The position numbers were made by a program, and so were the translations under genes. The notes under the pieces were generated by a model, which worked only from the letters and a program-made list of their open reading frames with translations, ran no database searches and was not told the origin of the DNA. A stretch of 62,873 nucleotides of DNA, the filler included, from Stramenopiles sp. TOSAG23-2 (Eukaryota), in assembly GCA_900128395.1 (NCBI GenBank). It is 4 parts of 4 records of this genome, joined end to end, with 100 filler letters (N's around TTAATTAATTAA, not from the genome) between each part and the next. Parts side by side here need not be neighbours in the genome. Positions count along the whole stretch, not along the records: positions 31,530 to 47,184 come from LT649701.1; 3 more parts are not named here. One strand, written 5' to 3'. The number at the start of each line of letters is the position of its first letter. The first letter of the stretch is position 1. Below, one piece after another: positions 31,583 to 42,400 of this stretch.

Positions 31583-33382
31583 TTTCGTGCTTCCATTACC
31601 AAATTATCTTTATTTGACCGTGTTATTGGTGGTTTATGTTGGTGTATAACATCAAGTGGTGTAGCAGTAGATGTCGATATATTGTTTCGTGAAAATATGG
31701 ATATTGGACAAAAAGTCATTTTGTCTGAATCGGTTGTAGAAGCATGCCGTGAGATGAAGTGCCCATATCCATTACAAGCGAATCAGATATCGCAATGCAA
31801 TGACTTTGGCGCCTTGCTTCCAGTGATTACTTTTTTATGTGATGCAGTTATTAAATGGCGTATGTTAACTGGTGATACAACACGTATTTATTCTGAAATG
31901 GAATTCTCTTCAAAAGGATATACATTTCCAGAGGAAAATTACAATTTGGAAAAATCGTTTTTGGATAAAGTATTAAATCGTTACACACCGAATAGAGTCA
32001 TGCGATATTCACAAGACAATTGGACCGGTTCAAGGGAAGAGGAAGAAGCACGTGTACAATCATGTTTATTGGAATATGGTGAAAAATTTAAACGTAAAAA
32101 ATTATCAAAAGATGATGAAGAGAAATTAAATGTAGTAGCAAATGCCACCGGTGGTTCATCCCCTGGCAAAGGTAACCGTGGTGGAAGACTTGCCGGATTT
32201 GAAAAGGAATATGCAAGGATGCAACGTTTAGCAGAAAAAGAAGAAGAAGAAAGAGCAAAAACGATGGAATCGAGAGAGAAAGAATTATTACAACAAATGT
32301 CTGCTGTGGGTGGGAAAGGGTCGAAAATTAAAGCAAGTGGTGTAGCTGGAATTGTTGCACAAAACAGTGATTTAATACGTAGTGCAGCTGCAAATTTAGC
32401 AAAAGTAGAAGAAGATTTGCATCTAGGAGAGAATAATGTAGAAGCAAATTCTGCGAAAGGGTTAGAAATGGCACATCAGCGAAAAGTAGATGCGTTAAAG
32501 AAAAAGATTGAAGCAGCGAAAAAAGAAAAAGAAAATGCAACCAAAAAAGTAGAAGCTTTGAAAAAAATATTTAAAGATGCCAAAGGTGCATTAGAAGACA
32601 AAGTGAAATATGTGAAAAAGGTTATAGCAAAAACAAAAGAGTTGGAAAGTATGGAAGGAAAAGCAGAGTTCCAAGAACATTTACAAACATTGAAAGAGTT
32701 GATACGTTTAAATGAAACGTTAAAAAGCAAAGAAAAGGCATTTAAAGCAGCATGTGTCAAACAACGTGAAGTTATATTGCAGAAAAAAAGTGAAATGGAA
32801 GATTCAACTTCAAAATCAGAGGATTCCAAACGATTAAATGAAATCGATACGATGTATGATGGTGTCAAAAAGAAATATGATAAGATTAGACAATTATTAG
32901 CAAAGAAAAATCAACATATTTCCATGGTCGCAAGGCAAATTGATGATGTTCCTACACGTACGGAATTGATTCAATATGAGCGTAGATTTGTTGAATTATA
33001 CCAACAAGTTGATAGTAAATTGGAAGAAAATAGGAAATATTATGATTATTATAATACACAACAACGTATCTATCAGTTTTTATCAAAAGAAGCTGAAATG
33101 TTACAATCCATTAATGATACTTTTTTAGAAGGTATGAGAACAAAAAGTAATCAAAAAGATTTCTTGGAACAAATGGAAAGTCTGATTGGTGGTATTGAAC
33201 GAACGAAAGAAAGTCAAGAAAAAATGCTAGGAACTGTAAAGGGAAAATTTGAATCCAATTCTAAAAAACATCAAAAATTAGTAGAAAAACAACGTGCATA
33301 TTTCAAAGCTGTGAAAGATTTCCAAGTTGCATGTGATAAAAATGAACTGTTAGAAGAACAATTAGAAGAATTGGTTGGGTAA
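31583..33382 (+). CDS. CCDC93: CCDC93 (CCC/Commander complex), 5' partial
   Basis: Frame extends upstream of the track ORF: FRASITKLSLFDRVIGGLCWCI; IGQKVILSE; CPYPLQANQI; RQIDDVPTRTELIQYERRFVELY. Confidence 0.92.
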   Translation, partial: FRASITKLSLFDRVIGGLCWCITSSGVAVDVDILFRENMDIGQKVILSESVVEACREMKCPYPLQANQISQCNDFGALLPVITFLCDAVIKWRMLTGDTTRIYSEMEFSSKGYTFPEENYNLEKSFLDKVLNRYTPNRVMRYSQDNWTGSREEEEARVQSCLLEYGEKFKRKKLSKDDEEKLNVVANATGGSSPGKGNRGGRLAGFEKEYARMQRLAEKEEEERAKTMESREKELLQQMSAVGGKGSKIKASGVAGIVAQNSDLIRSAAANLAKVEEDLHLGENNVEANSAKGLEMAHQRKVDALKKKIEAAKKEKENATKKVEALKKIFKDAKGALEDKVKYVKKVIAKTKELESMEGKAEFQEHLQTLKELIRLNETLKSKEKAFKAACVKQREVILQKKSEMEDSTSKSEDSKRLNEIDTMYDGVKKKYDKIRQLLAKKNQHISMVARQIDDVPTRTELIQYERRFVELYQQVDSKLEENRKYYDYYNTQQRIYQFLSKEAEMLQSINDTFLEGMRTKSNQKDFLEQMESLIGGIERTKESQEKMLGTVKGKFESNSKKHQKLVEKQRAYFKAVKDFQVACDKNELLEEQLEELVG

Positions 33383-34258
33383 AAATATTCGTGTATCATA
33401 CTTCTTCGTATTTTTTTTAGGGAAAAAGATAAGAGATTGAGAGATATTTTTTAAAAAAACAATAAATTACGCACGATGTGTGACCTTTTGCACTTTATTT
33501 TATATTTATAAAATTACATTTTATGACGGCGGCACTGCGCGTAACCAAAAAAAAAAAAAGGATTTCAAAATGTCTTGCTCAGAACACACCAGGAGAATGA
33601 AATCCAGTGGTCGATCGTCCGCCTTAGTAGTCCATCTCCGTAAGGAATTGTCCCACAAGTCTGTCACGCGTCATCCGAGAAGACTCTAATTTATCATCAG
33701 TCCTTAAAAGTTTGTATCTTGACTTTAAGAAAAGCAAGAAGATGATTATACTACAGAAAAGATCCTGATTAAGTATAGTCACTAAAAGTGGCAAAAATTT
33801 CATATATATATAAATACATCAAAATTCAATGGTATGTCCATAGTAAGTTGTGTATTACATGAAGACAGCACTAGCTGAGCTAGCATTTCCCGGCCTCTAT
33901 TCCGCCTGTATAAAATTAGTACTGGTATAGCACCGACATAGAAATAGGTATGTTTTACATTTTTAAGTATAATTATCATATATACTAATATACAAAATAG
34001 TTTTACTTACCTAAAAATAATAAAAACTCAGCAGCAGCGACTTCACATCTCCCCGGATTATCTCTTGGTGGATCTCCAGGATATTCTCCCAGCCCAGATC
34101 TCCCAGATATCATCTGGGATCTCACCATAATTAAAATATATGAATATATATATATATACATACAGATGGAGAGAGTAAAAGAAAGAGATGCATTTATATT
34201 TCCAACTAATTATTAATACGAATTATATAACAAGAATAATAATAGAAACAATAATAAC

Positions 34259-35815
34259 ATGACAACACCACGTTTTAAAATATCGCAAGATAAAGAATAT
34301 ATCTACATCGATATCAATGTGCCATATATACGTATATCAAATTGTGATTTTTATATTGAGGAAACACTTTTTTCATTTTATTGTAAACCATATTTTTTAA
34401 AGTTACATTTGCCAAAACCTATCGTAGATGATGACCGCGCAAAAGCTGTTTATAATTTAGAAGAAGATAATGGTACAATACATGTTACAGCACCAAAAAA
34501 AACTCCTGGTGAACATTTTGAAGATTTACAAATGCTTACAAAATTATTAAGTAAATCATCAACATTAAATATAGTAGATAATGCTAATAAATTAAAAAAT
34601 GTACAAGGTAGAAATTTAATTGAAGTTATATCAAGCTCAAGAAATGAAGAAGAGGAGGAGGAGGATAATAAACATGGTAAAATTGCGGACGATAATAATA
34701 ATAATGATAACAAGAAAAATAGCAATATTGTAAAACAAAATAATGCAGATGCATCTGCTACTGCAGTAACTACGCCATCCATTCTTCTTTTGAATAAAGA
34801 CAATGATGGAAATGCAAATAATAATAATCCAACAATGGAAGAATTAACAAAGTCAATTAATAATATTACATTAAAAACGACAATTACATATGGTTTCAAT
34901 AATAGATTTTCTAATTTTTTCACTGGTTTACGTGATGAACTTGTAGAAATTATTGAATTGACAGAGCCAGATAAAATTCCTATAAAACAACGATCGGTAT
35001 TACGAATTGAAAAGGAAGAAGAAACGTTTGATTTGGAACGATATGCTGGAGATTATGCATATGGAAAAGAAGATCCAATATATAAAGAAGCGATGCGTAT
35101 GAAACCATTTTGGATAGCAAAGAAAAAAAAAGAAATGAAAGAAGATAAAAAGAAATCCATGAAAAACGAAGATAATTCAAATGATCATAATAATAAGAAA
35201 GAAGCGAATGACGACGATGAAAAAGAAAAACAAGAAGAATTTAATGAAACTGAACGAGAAATATTGATTCGTTTACCACGACGTGAATATTTAATAAATG
35301 AAAATGAAGAAACTTATAAATTATTGTGTGGCTTGGCAAGTATTTTATATGGATTTGCATATGATTTTAGATTGGTAAATGGTGAACCAAATGTTGAGTC
35401 AAGTTGGACTATATCTACATTGAGTCCTTTGTTATCATGGCTAGATGACTGTAATAATAATATCGAGCAAATGTTGATATCGTGTATGCGACGTAGTTTA
35501 ATATATCCATATTTACGCTCATATGAATTATCAAAAATGATTGTTAAAGATGTTGTTGCAATATTTCAACTAGGCAAACATACGGTATTACAAACCCTTT
35601 TGAAAATTTATAAAATATATGAAAAAAGCGAAACAAAATATATGATCAATAAATTATTTATTGAAGATTATTGTGTATGGGTACAAACTATTAACGATGA
35701 TATAATTAAAGGTTTTGCAAAAGAAATTCAAAAAGTTGATATAAATAAATCAAAATTAGATTTAGAATTGGAATATATTGAAGAGCAAGTAAATGAACAA
35801 CTTCAACAAAGTTGA
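34259..35815 (+). CDS. SHQ1: H/ACA snoRNP assembly factor SHQ1
   Basis: MTTPRFKISQD, FYCKPYFLKLHLP (CS domain), YGFN, GEPNVESSWTI, RRSLIYPYLR. Confidence 0.93.
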   Translation: MTTPRFKISQDKEYIYIDINVPYIRISNCDFYIEETLFSFYCKPYFLKLHLPKPIVDDDRAKAVYNLEEDNGTIHVTAPKKTPGEHFEDLQMLTKLLSKSSTLNIVDNANKLKNVQGRNLIEVISSSRNEEEEEEDNKHGKIADDNNNNDNKKNSNIVKQNNADASATAVTTPSILLLNKDNDGNANNNNPTMEELTKSINNITLKTTITYGFNNRFSNFFTGLRDELVEIIELTEPDKIPIKQRSVLRIEKEEETFDLERYAGDYAYGKEDPIYKEAMRMKPFWIAKKKKEMKEDKKKSMKNEDNSNDHNNKKEANDDDEKEKQEEFNETEREILIRLPRREYLINENEETYKLLCGLASILYGFAYDFRLVNGEPNVESSWTISTLSPLLSWLDDCNNNIEQMLISCMRRSLIYPYLRSYELSKMIVKDVVAIFQLGKHTVLQTLLKIYKIYEKSETKYMINKLFIEDYCVWVQTINDDIIKGFAKEIQKVDINKSKLDLELEYIEEQVNEQLQQS

Positions 35816-35958
35816 ATATTTTATATTTTTTTACACGAAAGAGCGTATACGAAACGGTTCGTAAAATTAAAAGACCCAAAATATAAAAAAAAATACGCGT
35901 ATATTTTTAATAAAAATAAAAAACCATACTTTTCTTCGCTCCAGATTGGTACAAACGG

Positions 35959-36858
35959 TTAAGTTGTAAATAAAAAGCCCATTATAATTACTTCCAAATC
36001 AATCAAACGTTTGTTTAATTCTTCTAAACAGTCAGTCTCATCAATCGTCCAAATATCTTCACTATTTACATCAGGCATTACAGTTGAACGACAATATGGG
36101 CATTCTTTATTCCGCTCTTTCCATTGTGTATAACATGCTTTACAAAAAGCATGTGAACATTGTAATACAATTTCGATATCATTTTCCATACATATTATAC
36201 ACTCTTTATCATAATCCTCATCCTCTTCTTTTATGTTGTTATTACTACTATTATTAATTATTTCATCTTCTCCACCTCCACTACTTCTTTTTTTATCTAA
36301 TCCAAATGGTATATCTACAACTTCTAGTAGTAAGACAAATATTTTATAAAAAGTTGCTACTGATACAAGAACATCACATGGTTTTCTTCGCAATGATGTA
36401 TCAGTATTTAAGTCGTCTATATTTTTATGTATACCATCATTTTCATTTGATGTGGTAGTAGTAGTAGTAGTAGTAGTAGTAGCATTGGTATTTACCCCGT
36501 CGTCCTCGTTGTTGTTTGTTGTTGTTAATGATTTTTTCTTATTATTATTATTCAACATATTTGTTTTATTATTATTATTGGTACTATTACTATTATTATT
36601 ATTTGAATGATTTGGTACACCACCATTGACTATGACTTGAACTTTTACATTATCGCCAAATCTCCATACTACAGGCAATAATTCTTTTGACACATTATTT
36701 TTCACTAGTAATTTAAATTGCAAAGTATTCAACTTAATAAAACAAGCATATGAATTTGCTTTTTTAACATCCTTTTTTAATTTCTCAAATGACTGCCACT
36801 GTCTATTTGCTTTTTGATTGATAACATTTGTTCTACCACTACCTGGTTGGTTGCCCAT
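35959..36858 (-). CDS. RING-HC E3 ligase, RNF141-like; probable start MGNQ (myristoylation-type)
   Basis: ECIICME...LQCSHAFCKACYTQW...CPYCR followed by an acidic W motif. ATG at 36858; the longer track start runs through a CA microsatellite. Confidence 0.75.
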   Translation of the reverse strand: MGNQPGSGRTNVINQKANRQWQSFEKLKKDVKKANSYACFIKLNTLQFKLLVKNNVSKELLPVVWRFGDNVKVQVIVNGGVPNHSNNNNSNSTNNNNKTNMLNNNNKKKSLTTTNNNEDDGVNTNATTTTTTTTTTSNENDGIHKNIDDLNTDTSLRRKPCDVLVSVATFYKIFVLLLEVVDIPFGLDKKRSSGGGEDEIINNSSNNNIKEEDEDYDKECIICMENDIEIVLQCSHAFCKACYTQWKERNKECPYCRSTVMPDVNSEDIWTIDETDCLEELNKRLIDLEVIIMGFLFTT

Positions 36859-37059
36859 ATCAACAAAACATATATGTGTGTGTGTGTGTATGAATAGATA
36901 TAATCTATATATCAATTATTTACAATGTCTTGTGAAGATAAATCAATTATCTCTCTGTGTTTATAAAATGATCTACATCTCCCTGGGATTAATATATACT
37001 ACTCATATTTTATTTTTAATAATAATAATAAATAAATAAAGTCATGCTGCCTTATTATT

Positions 37060-37410
37060 ACTCGAGTGAAACTTGGCACCAAAACAGGTGCGACATTCCA
37101 ATACTCTCTTTTTAAAGGTTTTTATAGTACAAAAAAATATCATATAAACAAATATTATACAAGTTTAAAATTATTTATACATTTCGGATATATTGATATA
37201 AAAATAGACAATTAGTCTTTTAACCTTCTAAAGTGCGACATGTTCTGTCGAAATCAAACTATATCAGTGGATTTCAGTTTATTAAATGTTTCAAAATATG
37301 AAGGTATAATATTATATCTGTAATTTTTTTGCGGAAATTTGGTTTGTTTAGATATTTTTAGAAATTTTGGTAACCTATAAATTCCTCCAAGTGCCAAGTT
37401 TTTCCCGAGT
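37060..37410. mobile_element. ~350-bp element with imperfect 20-bp terminal inverted repeats (MITE-like)
   Basis: ACTCGAGTGAAACTTGGCAC (37060-37079) versus GTGCCAAGTTTTTCCCGAGT (37391-37410), 17/20 complementary; no clear target-site duplication. Confidence 0.4.
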
Positions 37411-38002
37411 TCTTCGCTGCGCTCATATTTTAAGGTATGGGCTGTAGCAGGGAAGAACGAAGGGAATCGAGTACCTTATTATATTATTATTCTTCCTATA
37501 TCTATCTATAGGTGCATAGTAACTATAATATAGCGGTATTATAAATAAAAATGGATCTTTCTTTGTATAAGGTATATGTATATCATGTATGTTTTATACT
37601 TAATATCATAGTATTATTCCCTTCATTTACAGTATATATATCTATGAGCATTTAGTCATTTAGTCTATTTTACTCCGTTCTCAGTTTACTTGTTCTTTGT
37701 TTAAAAATTATATTAACACCTTAATAACGTGAGGAGTATAAATTCAATAAAAACAACAAAACAACAACAACCGTTATTATTCCGTATCGCTTTAGACACA
37801 AATCAAAAAGAATATTTTATATATATCTACATATAGGATGATACAGAGATAAAGGCAAGAAAGATAATAATATCAAGTTAATATCAACAATACAATCAAT
37901 CAATATATATATATATTAATATCAATAATATATAAAAGTAATAACGGTGAAAAGAAAAGTATATACAAAATAAAACAATTGTCTTGATATTATTTTATAA
38001 AA

Positions 38003-39433
38003 ATGGAGAAATATAATATGCCATTACCAATAACACAAAAATTATTGAAAACAAAAAAATATAACGTTGCTTTAAGGGACAGTACAGAAGGTTCATTTAT
38101 ACCACCGCCAGCGCCTTCAACATTGCGACCACCATTGCCTCCAGCACCACCTGCTCGAAAAATGAAGAAGGAGCAAACCAAAGCAATTGATGATATCAAT
38201 AAAACCAATGATAGTAGCAAAGATAAGAATTCAAGAATAATTCCTTTCGGTCATACAACATTTTCATGGTTGACAACTACTAAAATTGAATCATCAACAA
38301 CAATACCACTTGGCCATACTAGTTATTCCTGGAAATCTACATTAGAAAATAATAATTTACCCCCTGTGGCTAAACTACTTCGTTTACGTGGTAATAAATT
38401 ATTCACTGCTGGTAAATATCACGAAGCTATATCAGAATATGAGAAAGGATTAAAAAAAATACCAACAAAATTCAAAATAGAGAGAAGTATGTTACATTTA
38501 AATTTAGCAGCTGTTTATATACGTTTAAATCGTTTATCAGAAGCAGAAATTAGTGCTACAAATGCAACACGTTTAAATCCATCAAATCCTAAATCATGGT
38601 ATCGTTTAGCAAAAGTTTTAGAATTGACTGGAAAGTTAACAGAAGCAATTGAAACACTTGAAACTGGTATATTAGTGGTACATTCAAAAAAAACGTCACA
38701 AGCTTTATTGGAAGAAAAAAGGAGTATGAATACTGATGGAATGGAAAATAACCATACAAATAATAATTCATCTTTGGCCTTGAAATCAATCGAAAAACAA
38801 GTCAAACCTTTACGATCATTACTGCAAAAATTTCAATTGCGTATGATACATCAAGTACATACAACAAATTCCAAAGCGACTGTATCAAAACCGTTAGATA
38901 CAGATAGTCAAGTAGAAAATTTAAATAGGTTAAATACAAATATTTTACAATCTAACATTAATACGAATGGATCAGGTGCACGCGAACGTCCTAGTGTGGG
39001 TATTCCTATCAAACCATATCAATTAGGAAAAGATTTACCAGCATGGTATAGCAAATATAAAGGTAATGATCCAACAAATTTACCCAAACTTACCAATATT
39101 GCATATATAGCAGATGATAAAATGGAAGATTTAAATGCAGTAGAAAAAGTAAAAGAATTCTTTCAATTAGATAAAGAAACATTTGCACCAACTATGCGCA
39201 GATATGCGTTGATTGTACAAAATAATATTGATTCAAAAGATTTAAAGTTATGTAAAAATCCCTTTGCTAAACACAATCGATCGGTTTTTTGCAAAGCTGC
39301 TGAGCTTCTTGCATGTGATATAATGGCAACTGACAAATTAACAATTGCTAGAAGTGAATTAAATAATATGGATCCGTTAGCAACTTTATTAGTTTTATTT
39401 AGTGTTGTAAGAATGTTGCCAGATGCGATTTAA
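38003..39433 (+). CDS. TPR-repeat protein with N-terminal proline-rich segment
   Basis: GNKLFTAGKYHEAISEY, LHLNLAAVY, NPKSWYRLA (3 TPRs). Confidence 0.75.
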   Translation: MEKYNMPLPITQKLLKTKKYNVALRDSTEGSFIPPPAPSTLRPPLPPAPPARKMKKEQTKAIDDINKTNDSSKDKNSRIIPFGHTTFSWLTTTKIESSTTIPLGHTSYSWKSTLENNNLPPVAKLLRLRGNKLFTAGKYHEAISEYEKGLKKIPTKFKIERSMLHLNLAAVYIRLNRLSEAEISATNATRLNPSNPKSWYRLAKVLELTGKLTEAIETLETGILVVHSKKTSQALLEEKRSMNTDGMENNHTNNNSSLALKSIEKQVKPLRSLLQKFQLRMIHQVHTTNSKATVSKPLDTDSQVENLNRLNTNILQSNINTNGSGARERPSVGIPIKPYQLGKDLPAWYSKYKGNDPTNLPKLTNIAYIADDKMEDLNAVEKVKEFFQLDKETFAPTMRRYALIVQNNIDSKDLKLCKNPFAKHNRSVFCKAAELLACDIMATDKLTIARSELNNMDPLATLLVLFSVVRMLPDAI

Positions 39434-39464
39434 TAAAATCTAAGTGTTATAAATTTTAATAATT

Positions 39465-42400
39465 TTATTTAACACGGGCCGCTAAGCTTTTAATCATCTC
39501 CTTCATCTCTTGGGTGTCTTTTTTTAATGCCATTATTATAGAATCTGTTTTTGGCTTATTTGCACTTTTTTCGGAATATTCTGTAGCAGATAGTTGGCTT
39601 TCAGCTACGGATTCCAAAAATTCTGGTGATAAACATTTTTCAATATCTCTTTTTTCCTCATCAGGTATTTCATCAAGCATATATCTATCCAATTGCTTAT
39701 TAAAGCTTAAAATGCTTTCTCTTTCAGATTTTTCATATACCATCGATACAACGCCTATAAAAATATTCATCAATACCAAGGCGATGATAAAAATAACCAT
39801 GAGGATAAAAATGTAAGATATCCATATAGTACTGTCCATCATATGGTCCATTCCAATGCCAAAATCTCCTAAAGACGCTAGCAAAATATTTAAAAAACTT
39901 GAGTAAAAAAATCTATATTCATTGATTTCGTTTGCATATGCAAAATGAAATCCAATTGCAAAACTAAATAAAACAACTACGATCGTAATGTAAAACGGAA
40001 TGATATCCCGGTGCCCAAATACTTTCAATATTGCCATTACTCGTTCTCCTATACCAAATGGAATTTCCGTCATAATACGTAGTAAATGCACGCTAATGAA
40101 AATAAATAAAACAGCAACCCAATCTTGGCTTTCTGTTGTCAACCAACTAAGCCGATCAAGAGGGATATATGTTTCCTCACCTGTGCTAAGCGCAGAAACA
40201 ATTTTAGGCCGCACCTGATTTTCGAATTGTTCTTTATACCATTGCATTGTCCAATATGCAAAATACATAGCAATCAATACTAATTCATAAATATTCCACC
40301 CGGCAGAAAAATATTTATTTCTTCTTACACTTTGCCACCACATAGAGAAGCACTGATTGTGATACCGATGCTCCATACCAAGTTGGCTGGAACCATGTAG
40401 ATCGTTTTTTCTAGATTTTGTCAATCGTCGCACTAAACAGGATCCGCAACAGCCAACTAGTTGCGCCAATACAAAAAGAAATATTTGAAAAGTTGCAAGG
40501 AAATTACCGATGGAATTCATTAAATGCTTACAACATGTATTTCGTTTTTTTGAATGTTTTTGCAATAGAGTCAATTCTGCAATTTTACTGTTTATTGGAT
40601 TTAACCTATCTACTGTAATGACTTTAGCAACAGACTTTTGCAATTTTGTCTTTGACACCTGTAACTTTTTCTGAATCTTAGTAAAACGCTCAGGAAAAAT
40701 GGTGGCATTCTGATTCCAACATGTATATGGTTTCCAAGAAAACTCTCCAAGTGTTAACCCGTATTTCCTAACTGTATCGTAATCTAAACGATTGTTCATT
40801 TCAGACGATTCATCGGTACTGGCTTTACCAAATTGGACGGAACCTGCTATGCTTCTTAAATTTCCCCATGCCATTTCATTTACTTCAACTAAAGCTCTTA
40901 TAACAAAAATTAACATCAAAATGGTTTGCAGCAAGTTTTGCCCAAACGTTGTTGCCAAGTCTGTAAATCCAAGAACAGTCACATCAATATTAGAATGTGT
41001 ACCTCCCCCAACCCAAAATTCCACCATTAAACGTACTGCAAGAACTCTATCGATATGACTATTGTAAAGTGAAAATTCAAACAACATTAAACGCGTGCCG
41101 TCTTTCGTACTCACAAATTTGTCGTTTTTTAATTCTGCTAAAATTTCAGCTGCTCTTGTGCCGTTGCCTCCCGGCAAGTACACGTTATGCCCACCGCTTA
41201 AATAATAATATTGCCATAAACGATCCCCAACAAATGTTTGTTCATATAACTTCGCTTCTTCGTTTGACTCCAAGGAAGGATCAGTATATTTGTATTTACC
41301 TCCAGGTCCAAACGACTCTTTTTGAACAAGAGATACATCACTTACTGGATCGCTGTGACAACCATCTGTAGGTAGCGATGTTGTATGGACGCCAATACTA
41401 TTTTTACATTGTGTAGGTTTAGCGCGCACTTGTCGTATTCTAATATTTCCGATAATAACAGTGACTTCGTCAATTGCTTTTCTTCCGTTTATATAAACGT
41501 CGTGATCAGGGTATAACCCTTTATAAAAAGGACCGTCCACCCACTGCCAAAATTCATCTATGTTTGCGATGTCGAAAAATATTTTTTCTATATGAGCATC
41601 TTCGGGATCAAATTCTTCATCAACAAATAGTTCTGTTATATGGTTTGCAAATCGCAAATGTTGCGTGTCTCCACCTCCAGTAGAAGTAAAAATGCCAATT
41701 AAAATAAATAATGTTATTGTGATCAATTCTAATGGAACTTTCTGAAAGGTAAATAAACGGTTCAAAGCTTTTTGGTTCCGATATTTTTTCGTACTGCGTG
41801 TCTTCCGCATGGCCTCCATCCCCAATTTCCATTTACTTTTGTCTACATCATTCATTTTTTTTGCTCTTGAAGCGCAATTAGCAAGGTCATATGCACAAAC
41901 ATTCCAGTGCAAATCCTTAGGAAAACACGTTCTAACTGGGTCGCAATCACCCTCTGAGAGAGCTATAATGGCGGGAATGCAACCATTTCGAACTGCATGT
42001 GCTAACGGTGCTATTAGTAATGGATAGGCTTCTGTGTCGTTTGTTTTATTAGCTTCAATCTCATCTAGAATAGGTTTTAACCAAAATTTCGATGAATTAC
42101 TATTAATTATACTACTTGAGCTGATCTCGCCGATCATATGAAACATATCTGATAACGGAGTGTCTACGATGGGGATGTCCTCAAAATCTTTTTCGAGGAC
42201 GGTATATTTATCAATATACTTTATCAGATTTGCCAAGCCGCAATCAATATCTTTATGGTTTAGTTTCATTAATTCAATTCCTTCAAACACGGAAGTATGC
42301 AAATAAAACCAATATTTCCATTTTAAGTTTTTCTTGTGATTAATTATTTCTTTTCCTTTAAATAATTGTGGATAAAGGTGGGTTAATCTTTGCCCCAGTC

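Noticed and set aside
33745-33770. TACAGAAAAGAT resembling the U6 snRNA ACAGAGA box
   Set aside because: Mismatch in the box and no following TAGCATGGCCCC stem; no tRNA, rRNA or snRNA recognised anywhere in the window.
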